64,000 bases of DNA from Nitrospinales bacterium (GTDB lineage: Bacteria > Nitrospinota > Nitrospinia > Nitrospinales > VA-1). Position numbers and translations under genes: made by a program. This document shows, piece after piece, positions 9,956 to 20,037 of this stretch. Below the pieces are notes generated by a model that did not search any database, was not told the origin of the DNA, and saw only the letters and a program-made list of their open reading frames with translations. Numbering within the stretch: position 1 is the first letter of the stretch; each line of letters starts with the position of its first letter. Location of the stretch: assembly GCA_965262115.1 (NCBI GenBank), contig OZ253496.1:1056001-1120000 (forward strand), written 5' to 3'.

Positions 9956-10219
9956 ACCATAACATTCAACTTTTCTGGCTATTGCCGACCCTTATTTTAA
10001 CCTCTTAGAAACAAATGAGCTAGAGATGTTCTTTATGTGAAGTGAGTATGCCTATTCTGCTTTTGAGTGTTTGGCAAAACTTTGGCAAGTGATGAAGATT
10101 AAATTTAATTAACCCGAATTACATTGCTATATGGACCAATCAGAGTATCCTGATAGCAACCTCTCCTCTATTACCTATCGAGCTAAGGGAAAAAACACAA
10201 CTTGGGATTTTTAAATTTT

Positions 10220-10251
10220 GCCACTCCCCCTTTTGGAGTGGCTTTTTTTTT
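10220..10251 (+). terminator. Rho-independent terminator
   Basis: GCCACTCC-loop-GGAGTGGC followed by T9. Confidence 0.8.
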
Positions 10252-10295
10252 GCCTTCAATACTTGAGGTGAAAAGCTATAAAAAGGGGTAACTAT

Positions 10296-10475
10296 ATGCA
10301 TGAAGTTAAAGTATACGACAGTTCTGGAAAATTAAAAAAGGTGATTTCAACACAAACCTTAAACATACGCTCAAAACAGCAGTTGGAAACCCCATCAATG
10401 TTCCTTAGAAACAAAAGGGGCAGAAAACCATGGTCAAAATCTACTAAAAGCCAAACAGAAGCCGAAACATCATAA
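10296..10475 (+). CDS. Small basic hypothetical protein (59 aa, not in ORF track)
   Basis: MHEVKVYDSSGKLKKVIS...EAETS*; AAGGGG RBS upstream. Confidence 0.6.
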   Translation: MHEVKVYDSSGKLKKVISTQTLNIRSKQQLETPSMFLRNKRGRKPWSKSTKSQTEAETS

Positions 10476-10496
10476 ATTTATTATCTCGAGGGACCT

Positions 10497-10703
10497 ATTT
10501 CTCAAGTCACCGTTTATCAGAATCAGGTCGAAAAAGCGTTAAAAGGTTTAAAACGCCAGCTCAATAAAGAGGGGTTCTTTAGAGAACTCAAGCGCCGACG
10601 ATTTTACGAAAAGCCCTCCGCCCGGAAGAAACGCAAGATCAAGGAAGCCATGAAAAAGCGAAAAGCGGCCAAGCGACGCTCAAGATCTTTATGGAGCCAA
10701 TGA
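10497..10703 (+). CDS. rpsU: 30S ribosomal protein bS21, probable ATT start (not in ORF track)
   Basis: ISQVTVYQNQVEKALKGLKRQLNKEGFFRELKRRRFYEKPSARKKRK...; EKALKxLKR and RRFYEKPS motifs; GAGGG just upstream; no ATG/GTG/TTG after the in-frame stop at 10473-10475. Confidence 0.88.
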   Translation: MSQVTVYQNQVEKALKGLKRQLNKEGFFRELKRRRFYEKPSARKKRKIKEAMKKRKAAKRRSRSLWSQ

Positions 10704-11041
10704 TTGAATTGCCCAAGGAGAAACCAATGATCATAGATCGCTATACAAAAGTATTAATGACCGTCTTTACCCTAGTCTTATTGCTGAACGGGTTAAACCC
10801 ATGGATTAATCCTTCTCAAGCTGTGGCAATAGAAAACACCATAACGGATGGAACGAAAAATGGTAATAATTGTTCCTCTCAAGACAAAAAAAATTCCCTT
10901 AAAATGCTGGAAGGGATGAACAACCTGGAAAGATTGCTGGGCTATATCGAATCTTCGGTCAATAACATTCAACTGACCGTCAAAGGAATCGACAGAAAAG
11001 TGAGCGAATATCCTTCGCGTAATACAACAGAGAAAAGGTAA
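10691..11041 (+). CDS. Hypothetical membrane-anchored or exported protein with C-terminal coiled-coil-like segment
   Basis: IDRYTKVLMTVFTLVLLLNGLNPW hydrophobic segment; AAGGAG RBS favours a later ATG near 10727. Confidence 0.6.
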   Translation: MEPMIELPKEKPMIIDRYTKVLMTVFTLVLLLNGLNPWINPSQAVAIENTITDGTKNGNNCSSQDKKNSLKMLEGMNNLERLLGYIESSVNNIQLTVKGIDRKVSEYPSRNTTEKR

Positions 11042-11065
11042 CACCAAACCAACCCAGGAAGAGGA

Positions 11066-11239
11066 ATGATGAAAGACCTTGCATTTTTTACACTGGTAGC
11101 TTCGATGATTGCTAATTTTATTGTGTTAGGGATTTCTCTAAATCGGCCAAATTCCTTTTTTTCAGTAAGCCTTTCTGCCATTTCGATTTCTCTGCAAGGA
11201 TACGCTTTGCGGCTGATCGCCATCAATTCAATCAGCTGA
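11066..11239 (+). CDS. Small hydrophobic hypothetical protein (57 aa, not in ORF track)
   Basis: MMKDLAFFTLVASMIANFIVLGISL...IAINSIS*; GAGG upstream. Confidence 0.45.
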   Translation: MMKDLAFFTLVASMIANFIVLGISLNRPNSFFSVSLSAISISLQGYALRLIAINSIS

Positions 11240-11343
11240 TGAATGGGGTTCCCCAGTGCCCAAAGTGACGTATTCAATGATTGAAATATTGCTTATCATA
11301 TTCATTTCACAATTCTTAACCTTTAATTAGAGGATATTAAAAA

Positions 11344-11544
11344 ATGACAGAATCAACCATGACAGCAAAGGAAGTATTGCAGGAATTAATTGATAACTTC
11401 AATAAATCCACTGAAGAGGCTGAAGGCCGCAGGAAAGCTGCATCAGCAAAAAATGAAAATTACAAAATAGAATATTCTGAGGGCGAAAAACATGCTTATG
11501 AGGATGGCGCGAAACAATTAAAAATTGCCTTGGGTAAAATTTAA
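11344..11544 (+). CDS. Small hypothetical protein
   Basis: 66-aa charged helical ORF with GAGGA RBS. Confidence 0.65.
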   Translation: MTESTMTAKEVLQELIDNFNKSTEEAEGRRKAASAKNENYKIEYSEGEKHAYEDGAKQLKIALGKI

Positions 11545-11627
11545 GATTCTTCACCCCTCCCAATCGATGCCAGAGTAGTGGTAAAAACCAGAGACCGCGA
11601 TGCCAAAATGATCGCGAAAGGAATTTA

Positions 11628-12875
11628 GTGCAAATTCAACCAGGAACAAAGAACCAAATCATAAATCAAGAACGGATTGCCCAACAGGAATTTAGGTCAG
11701 AAAAAAATTGCAATACGGGTCAGAAAAAAACAGCCCTGATTTATTGCGAAAATCAATTTGGACTGGTGGACGGAAAAACCGCAGCAGCGTTAGTCCGCCA
11801 CTCTGAAATCTATACCATTGTTGGGGTTATTGATAGCTCATTAACGGGAAAAGATGCAGGAGAGGAGCTGGGAGAGGAGAAGAGTGGGATTCCGATTTTT
11901 TCTAATTTAGACGATGCCTTGGAGAAACTTTCCAACATTCCTGATTTCTATATTTACGGAAAAGCTCCCTTAGAGACCTACATCCCAAATAATGAGAGGC
12001 TCATGATCTTGGAGGCCATGGAAAAAGGAATGGACATCATTAGCGGTCTACACCAGTTTTTCTCAGAAGACCCAGAGTTTGCTCAAGTAGCTGTCCTGAA
12101 CGGCATCCAAATTAAGGACATTAGAAAACCCCCTCTTTTAAAAGATTTGCACCTTTTTACAGGTCAAATATCTGAAGTAACTGTTCCCGTAATAGCTGTA
12201 TTGGGGACCGATTGTGCTTGCGGAAAAATGACCACGGCAGTGGAACTCAATAAAACGCTAAATAATCTCGGAATAAAATCAGTACTCGTCGCAACAGGAC
12301 AAACCAGCTTGATGCAAGGAGCAAGATATGGAGTATCGACAGATGCCCTTATTTCCCAGTTCGTGGTGGGTGAAGTAGAAAACTCTGTTGTTCAGGCATT
12401 TAAAAACGAAAGTCCCGACATCATATTAGTGGAGGGACAAGGTGCCATCAGTCACCCCGCTTTCATGAGTTCTCTCGGTATCCTGAAAGGAAGCATGCCG
12501 GATGGAATTATCCTTCAACACCCTCCCGCTAGAAAGTTCCGGTGCGATTTTCCTCGATTGGCAATGCCTTCTGCTGAAAGCGAAATCAAACTGATCGAAG
12601 CGATCGCAAAAACCAAGGTGATGGCGATAACTTTAAGCCATGAAGATATGGATGACCATGGGATTCTGAAGGTAATAGAAGATTATGAAAAGAAGCTTCA
12701 ATTGCCAACAACAGATGTTTTGAACTACGGGTGCCAAAAACTTGTTCAAGCGTTAAGCAAGAATTTTCCAAAGCTGAAATATAAAATCGCGCGAGAAAAC
12801 TATAAATTCTTCATAAATGGAAAAGTACAAGTGGGCAGGCATCTGAAAGATAAAAATGAAATCGTCCATGCCTAG
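11628..12875 (+). CDS. DUF1611 domain protein (DgcN-like, P-loop-like fold)
   Basis: DGKTAAALVR, GTDCACGKMTT, ATGQT, VEGQGAISHP motifs. Confidence 0.85.
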   Translation: MQIQPGTKNQIINQERIAQQEFRSEKNCNTGQKKTALIYCENQFGLVDGKTAAALVRHSEIYTIVGVIDSSLTGKDAGEELGEEKSGIPIFSNLDDALEKLSNIPDFYIYGKAPLETYIPNNERLMILEAMEKGMDIISGLHQFFSEDPEFAQVAVLNGIQIKDIRKPPLLKDLHLFTGQISEVTVPVIAVLGTDCACGKMTTAVELNKTLNNLGIKSVLVATGQTSLMQGARYGVSTDALISQFVVGEVENSVVQAFKNESPDIILVEGQGAISHPAFMSSLGILKGSMPDGIILQHPPARKFRCDFPRLAMPSAESEIKLIEAIAKTKVMAITLSHEDMDDHGILKVIEDYEKKLQLPTTDVLNYGCQKLVQALSKNFPKLKYKIARENYKFFINGKVQVGRHLKDKNEIVHA

Positions 12876-13941
12876 AGTCGAAATTTCTCTATCCCAAATA
12901 CGAGAAAACACAAAAAAACTATCTGAGTTATATATGCAAAAGGGCATTTCCTTAATGGGAGTGACTAAAGCGGTACTTGGAGAGCCTTCCATAGCCAAAG
13001 CAATGATTCAAGGTGGAGTCAAATTTATTGCGGACTCGCGTATTGAAAATATTCAAAAAATGAAAAGTGCAGGAATATTAACTCAATTTGTTCTTTTGCG
13101 CACACCCTTGAGCCAGGCTGAATCTATCGTCAAAAATGCGGACATTAGTTTAAATACTGAGATCGAGACTCTTAAAAACCTTTCCTATCATGCGAAAGAT
13201 CAGAATAAAATTCATCAGGTAATCATTATGGTTGAGTTAGGCGATCTACGTGAAGGGATACTTCCTTATGATCTACCTCAATTTATCAGGGAAACCCTTT
13301 CGATGCCCCATATAAAAATAATTGGCATTGGCTGCAATTTTGCTTGCTACGGGGGAATTAAACCTGATGATAAAAACATGCGAGAACTCTCCGAATTGGT
13401 TGATTTATTAGAAAAAGAGTTTCACATTGATCTGGAAATTATTTCAGGGGGAAATTCAGCAAATTTTGAGTGGTTCAAATCTTCTCAGGACGTTGGTAGG
13501 GTTAATAATCTACGCTTGGGTGAATCAATTCTTTTAGGTTGCGAAACTGTAGGTCGAAAAGTAATTCCGGGTTTGCATACGGGCGCATTTCAACTTATTG
13601 CTGAAGTTATCGAGTCTAAGAGAAAGGCATCTGTTCCACTTGGAGAAATTTGTCAAGATGCTTTTGGCAATGTTCCTGGCTTTCTGGATCGAGGTGATCA
13701 TCAAAGAGTGATAATTGCTTTAGGCAGGCAGGACGTTCAAGTATCCAACTTGAAATCTAATAATAACCTAAAAATAATAGGTTCTAGTAGTGATCATATT
13801 ATTCTCGATGGAGAGAATCACAATCTGGAGGTCGGAGATGAAATAAGGTTTAGTTTGGATTATGGCGGTCTTCTCGCAACAATGACTTCTCCTTTTGTCA
13901 TTAAGCAATTCACAGATAGCAATGCCCACGTGGCGGCCTAA
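12856..13941 (+). CDS. Alanine/ornithine racemase-family PLP-dependent enzyme
   Basis: GVTKA (PLP Lys), ADSRIEN, GDLREG, SGGNS, LRLGE, QDAFG, SSDH; overlaps the DUF1611 gene. Confidence 0.85.
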   Translation: MKSSMPRVEISLSQIRENTKKLSELYMQKGISLMGVTKAVLGEPSIAKAMIQGGVKFIADSRIENIQKMKSAGILTQFVLLRTPLSQAESIVKNADISLNTEIETLKNLSYHAKDQNKIHQVIIMVELGDLREGILPYDLPQFIRETLSMPHIKIIGIGCNFACYGGIKPDDKNMRELSELVDLLEKEFHIDLEIISGGNSANFEWFKSSQDVGRVNNLRLGESILLGCETVGRKVIPGLHTGAFQLIAEVIESKRKASVPLGEICQDAFGNVPGFLDRGDHQRVIIALGRQDVQVSNLKSNNNLKIIGSSSDHIILDGENHNLEVGDEIRFSLDYGGLLATMTSPFVIKQFTDSNAHVAA

Positions 13942-13961
13942 CAATAATGAAGGGGACGTAT

Positions 13962-14012
13962 ATCCTTCGACAAGCTCAGGATGACAACATTGGCTCCACG
14001 CCGAGTGGGGGT
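13962..14012. repeat. Solo REP-like unit plus CATTGKCTCCACGCCGARTGGGGGT repeat
   Basis: ATCCTTCGACAAGCTCAGGATGACA resembles the MITE interior; 13988-14012 matches 6503-6527 at 23/25. Confidence 0.65.
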
Positions 14013-14038
14013 TTTCTATTCCCTGTCCGTGGGACGGA

Positions 14039-14701
14039 CTAAACCGATTTGACGGTCAACTTGGGGTGCAACTGCTGACGCAGTTGAGTCTGAATATATT
14101 GCAGGGTTCCGCTGGTCGAGGTCGGGCAACTGCCGCAGGCTCCCTGGTAATGAATACTGACTTCATCACCTTCTATGCCTTTTAGTTCCACACCGCCACC
14201 GTCCTGGGCAAGGTTGGTGCGGATCGAGCGGTTGAGCACCATTTCAATTCCTTGAAGTTTCTTCCCGTTATCCAGTTTTGCAAAGTTGACGACATCCACC
14301 TCGCTCAACTGCACTTTCCCTTCAGCCTGATACACGGTCACCGTTTCATCAATAGTTTTCCAAACCCGGTCTTTGAGTGGAACCCAACTTGTCTTATCGT
14401 CCTTCGTCACAGTGACAAAGTTATCCATGACAAAGACGTTCAAGATACCGGGTTTTTCGAACAGGGCGGCAGCCAGTTTATCCCCTTCCGCTTCTTTCTT
14501 GCTGGTGAAGGAAATATTACCATCATCAAGAATCACTGCGTTGATAACAAACTGCAAGGCGTTGGGGTTTGGGGTTTCTTTCGTGCGCACCACTTTCAGG
14601 GCTTTTTTGAGATTGGGACGCGCCTTCGCCTTTGGCTTATTGGCAGTCGCACTTTTTTTATTTATTTTTTCCTGGATAGCCAGGACTTCGCTAATCTTCA
14701 C
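14039..14701 (-). CDS. NifU/Nfu-family Fe-S cluster carrier (Nfu_N + NifU-C domains)
   Basis: ETPNPNALQF, DGGGVEL, YQGACGSCP (CxxC). Confidence 0.88.
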   Translation of the reverse strand: MKISEVLAIQEKINKKSATANKPKAKARPNLKKALKVVRTKETPNPNALQFVINAVILDDGNISFTSKKEAEGDKLAAALFEKPGILNVFVMDNFVTVTKDDKTSWVPLKDRVWKTIDETVTVYQAEGKVQLSEVDVVNFAKLDNGKKLQGIEMVLNRSIRTNLAQDGGGVELKGIEGDEVSIHYQGACGSCPTSTSGTLQYIQTQLRQQLHPKLTVKSV

Positions 14702-14778
14702 AAAAATAGAACCTTCAAAGTTTAATGGATAGACACCATATTAATATATTCAAACGCGGGAACCAAACATTATCTGGA

Positions 14779-16503
14779 TCACTCGGCGCTGGAAGGAACT
14801 TCTGCAACCGGACTCACGATCACCATTCGTCCTTTAAGGGCCTGCATGGCCTCGTATCCGACAAAAACAGCCAGTCCGATGAGCACCACTGCCACCGTAC
14901 CGAGAAACACATTCGGGTCCGGCGCGGCAAAAAACTGATAGGCCTGCCAGGCCAACGCGCCGATCGTGGTCGCCGTCATGAACAGAGCGGGGTAAAGCAC
15001 ATAATGCGTCGGCCGCTTGACCGCCATCAACCACGTTGCCACCACAAACAGGGCCATCGCCGCAATGAGCTGGTTGGTCGCTCCAAAAATGGGCCAGATT
15101 TTCTGCCAGCCATCGGTCGCGCCAATCAGGTAGGCCGCAAACACCACCGCAACCGTCACAGCATACTTATTGCGAAATACATGTATTTGATTTCCCAGTG
15201 CCTCCTGAATCAGGAACCGTGTGATACGCACCGCCGTATCGAGGGTGGTCAGCACAAATGTGTTCAAAGCCAGCACAGCGATCATGGAAGCAATCGTAAA
15301 ACTCAAAATCGGCAACATCTGGTGCACCACGTTACCGAATCCATTGCCAAACGCCAGGATCCATCCACCGGATTGCAGGGTCTCGCGGAATCCCAATCGG
15401 GCCATATCAACTCCCCCACCTTCCGGGGCCACCCAATAAAGTCCTCCACCCACCACCAGGACGGTGATGACAGCGACCACCCCTTCGGTGAGCATGCCGC
15501 CATAAGCGATGGGTTTGCCCTGCATTTCATTAGCCAACTGTTTGGAAGTGGTACCACTCGCAACCAGAGAATGAAAACCTGATATCGCACCACAGGCCAC
15601 CAGCACAAACAGCATCGGCCAAACCGGCCCCTGCACATCCGACATCGCGCCTCTCCAGACCGGAATGTTTAATCCCGGCGCAACCCATAACAGGGCAACA
15701 ATAGCCAGTGACATGGAACCAAACAGAATGTATGTAGAAAGATAGTCACGCGGTTGCAAAAGCGTTTGCACCGGCAGGATCGAAGCCACCCCGGCATAAA
15801 TCATCAATACAACAAACCAGAATACTAGTGGAGAGAGCCCCATCACACCCTCTTCCGGCAAGGGCAGGGGCATTTTAAATCCGATATAAATATTCACAAT
15901 GACCGCAAGCACCGCAATGAAAGAGGCGATCTGAAGGTTGAAGTTTTTTTTGTAAATGCACCAGCCGAGGACCATCGAAATGGGAATGATCGCAAACGTG
16001 GGGAACACCATTTCCGGTTGGGCAATGAGGGTTTTGGCCGCAACAACGCCAAAGACGGCGATCACCAACAACATGGCCAGAACCAGGAAAATAGCAAACA
16101 CGGCTTTGGCCCGGTAGCCTATAGTCGATTCCGCAATATCAGCAATGGACCTGCCGCGATTGCGCACCGACATCATCAGTGTCAGGTAATCGTGAACCGC
16201 ACCGATGAACACATTGCCCAGCAAAATCCAAACTAGTGTTATCGCCCAGCCAAAATGATGCATGGCAATGATCGGGCCAATAACCGGACCGGCACCAGCA
16301 ATGGATGCAAAATTATGCCCGAACAACACCAGCGTTTTGCTGGGCACATAATCCACACCATCATTTTGTTTTATGGCAGGGGTCTCCCGGGAAGTGTCAG
16401 GACGAATCAATTCCCGGTCCAGCCGTTGGGCATAAACCCGGTAGCCCACAAAATAAAAAAACAGGCAGGCTGAAACCAATATGCCGATGGTCAACATGGC
16501 CAC
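14779..16503 (-). CDS. cstA: Carbon starvation protein A family transporter
   Basis: DGVDYVP, FGHNFASIAGAGPVIGP, QPRDYLS, ACGAISGFHSL, TTLDTAVR, WPIFGATNQL. Confidence 0.92.
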   Translation of the reverse strand: MAMLTIGILVSACLFFYFVGYRVYAQRLDRELIRPDTSRETPAIKQNDGVDYVPSKTLVLFGHNFASIAGAGPVIGPIIAMHHFGWAITLVWILLGNVFIGAVHDYLTLMMSVRNRGRSIADIAESTIGYRAKAVFAIFLVLAMLLVIAVFGVVAAKTLIAQPEMVFPTFAIIPISMVLGWCIYKKNFNLQIASFIAVLAVIVNIYIGFKMPLPLPEEGVMGLSPLVFWFVVLMIYAGVASILPVQTLLQPRDYLSTYILFGSMSLAIVALLWVAPGLNIPVWRGAMSDVQGPVWPMLFVLVACGAISGFHSLVASGTTSKQLANEMQGKPIAYGGMLTEGVVAVITVLVVGGGLYWVAPEGGGVDMARLGFRETLQSGGWILAFGNGFGNVVHQMLPILSFTIASMIAVLALNTFVLTTLDTAVRITRFLIQEALGNQIHVFRNKYAVTVAVVFAAYLIGATDGWQKIWPIFGATNQLIAAMALFVVATWLMAVKRPTHYVLYPALFMTATTIGALAWQAYQFFAAPDPNVFLGTVAVVLIGLAVFVGYEAMQALKGRMVIVSPVAEVPSSAE

Positions 16504-16585
16504 ATCCTAAAAGGTTCACTATTAACTCTTTATTATACCAAAGATGAGCAGTGAGAAAGGAAGGTTTTACCCCAAAGGGTGGGGG

Positions 16586-18025
<1,440 letters not shown>

Positions 18026-18077
18026 TGATGATTCCTTACCTAAGCCCTCTGGCCGGGCTATCTGCCGCCCTCGCTAG

Positions 18078-18206
18078 GAGACCTTTGCGTAAGTCTATAA
18101 AGCAGAAAAGCGAGATGCTTCGACAAGCTCAGCATGACAATAAAAGGCCATTTTGTCATTCTGAGGAGCTATTGCAACGAAGAATCTTGGGTTATGCAAA
18201 GGTCTC
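18078..18206. mobile_element. 129-bp MITE, copy 1
   Basis: TIRs GAGACCTTTGC(G/A)TAA; perfect 9-bp direct repeat CCTCGCTAG at 18069-18077 and 18207-18215. Confidence 0.9.
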
Positions 18207-18211
18207 CCTCG

Positions 18212-18622
18212 CTAGAGGGTGAATTTTTTGAGGAAGGTTTTTATAGTTTCTAAAGGGATCATGGGGCCGATATCGATGCCGGGACAGAACCCGCCAACCA
18301 GCCTCCACATGGATTTGGATTCCATATTTTCCCGCCAGAAAGGATAGGACTGGCATTGTTTCGGTTTGCCCTCGTGGATGCCGCATCCTTGATCGGTCAA
18401 AAAAGTGCAAGGCTCGCCCTCTTCCCCGACTTCGAGAATCCACTCACCCTCATCGCGAGTGAGATAAGTTTTTCTGAATTTAAGCGGAGAGGTTTTCAAA
18501 AAATTAGCGGCTCTGCGGATATCTGCCCGATCAAAATGCACGATACCCGGTTTAATACAACACTTGAAGCAATCCGGTTGGCATTCAAAACGAATTGGTT
18601 CTTTTTCCCACCATTTAGCCAT
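18212..18622 (-). CDS. YkgJ-family cysteine-cluster protein
   Basis: FECQPDCFKCC, PCTFL, GCGIHEGKPKQCQSYPFW, CPG; start at MAKWW (ORF open from 18637). Confidence 0.85.
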   Translation of the reverse strand: MAKWWEKEPIRFECQPDCFKCCIKPGIVHFDRADIRRAANFLKTSPLKFRKTYLTRDEGEWILEVGEEGEPCTFLTDQGCGIHEGKPKQCQSYPFWRENMESKSMWRLVGGFCPGIDIGPMIPLETIKTFLKKFTL

Positions 18623-18799
18623 GTGAGGTTCCCCCACTGGAAACTGGCAACCTCTTTTTCTGCGGACAAACAGTTTCTCGGTTCAACATGCTATTACCCC
18701 TTCTACCCGTTCCGGGCATGAATTTAGCGGAGGGGATATCACAGGCTCACGAAGGCTGAGGAAGGATATAACGTACTCATCCCCTCCCACGGGAGTGGG

Positions 18800-19963
18800 T
18801 TAAAAAATTACCAGGTCATCACGGTGGATCACCTCTTCATAATAGGATTCGCCCATCAAGTTGCGCACGGCGGAAGTTTTCATGCCCTTGATCTGTTCAA
18901 GGTCACGTGAATTATAGTTGACCAGTCCCCGGCCAATTTCTTTACCCGTTTCATTGAGGAGGGTCAGGGCATTGCCAAACTCGAATTTGCCTTTCACTTT
19001 TACCAGTCCTGCGGGGAGAAGGCTTTTACCTCTTTCCACCAGAGCTTTGCAGGCTCCTTCATCGATGATCAGCGTTCCGGCGGGTTTCAGGGTATGGGCG
19101 ATCCAGTGCTTGCGATCGCGGATCTTGCCTTTTCCCGACCAGAACAATGTACCCACTTCTTTACCAGCAAAAACATTCTCGACGACCTTTTTGTCCAATC
19201 CATTGACCACCAGCGCGGGAATACCAAAACTCATGGTTTTTTTTGCTGCCAGAACCTTGGTGAGCATTCCTCCCACCGCCAACCGATTCTTGCTTTTTCC
19301 AGCAATACGCTCGATGTCTTCATTGACTTTGGAAATATGGGAAATCAGTTGTGCTTTTTCAGCACCAGGCCTGTTTTTCAGAGAAGGGTCGCTGTCATAC
19401 AATCCCTCAACATCAGAAAGAATGATCAATAATTGCGCGTCGACCAGGCAGGCCACGGTTGCAGAAAGGGTATCGTTGTCGCCGATTTTGATCTCTTCAA
19501 CCGTAACCGAATCGTTTTCGTTGATGATGGGAACAACACCTCTCTCCAGAAGTGCTTCGATAGTGTGCTTGGCATTCAGGTAACGCGTGCGGTTTCCCAG
19601 GTCCTCATGACTCAAAAGAATCTGGGCAACCTTCAGCCCTTTTTTCTCAAAAGCTTTCTCATAAGTATGCATCAGGAAACTCTGGCCGATGGCAGCGCAG
19701 GCCTGCTTTTCAGGAATTGTTAAATCAGCGCGGCCAAATTCCAGGCGTTCCCGTCCCGCCATGATAGCACCGGATGAAACCAACACCACATCATAGCCTT
19801 TTTCGCGGAGAGCCTTAATTTTGCTGGCATAATGCCGCACCCAGTCCTTGCTCAACCCGCACTCTAGAGATGGACGGCCTTTTCCCCGATTGGAAATAAC
19901 ACTGCTGCCAATCTTGATCACCACCGTTTTGATGTTTTTTAGAATGTCTCTGCGTACTGTCAT
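18800..19963 (-). CDS. proB: Glutamate 5-kinase with PUA domain
   Basis: VVIKIGSS, VSSGAI, PIINENDSV, GDNDTLSA, GGMLTK, KSLLPAG, VIHRDD. Confidence 0.96.
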   Translation of the reverse strand: MTVRRDILKNIKTVVIKIGSSVISNRGKGRPSLECGLSKDWVRHYASKIKALREKGYDVVLVSSGAIMAGRERLEFGRADLTIPEKQACAAIGQSFLMHTYEKAFEKKGLKVAQILLSHEDLGNRTRYLNAKHTIEALLERGVVPIINENDSVTVEEIKIGDNDTLSATVACLVDAQLLIILSDVEGLYDSDPSLKNRPGAEKAQLISHISKVNEDIERIAGKSKNRLAVGGMLTKVLAAKKTMSFGIPALVVNGLDKKVVENVFAGKEVGTLFWSGKGKIRDRKHWIAHTLKPAGTLIIDEGACKALVERGKSLLPAGLVKVKGKFEFGNALTLLNETGKEIGRGLVNYNSRDLEQIKGMKTSAVRNLMGESYYEEVIHRDDLVIF

Positions 19964-20037
19964 ATTCTCGGGATGTTCAGAACCTCATTGAAGAAAAAAA
20001 ACCGCAGAGGAAAATGTAACCTAAAATTCCACGAAGG

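Noticed and set aside
9904..9985. Functional full-length tRNA-Glu
   Set aside because: T-loop and T-stem are mutated, no D-arm, and the acceptor stem pairs poorly
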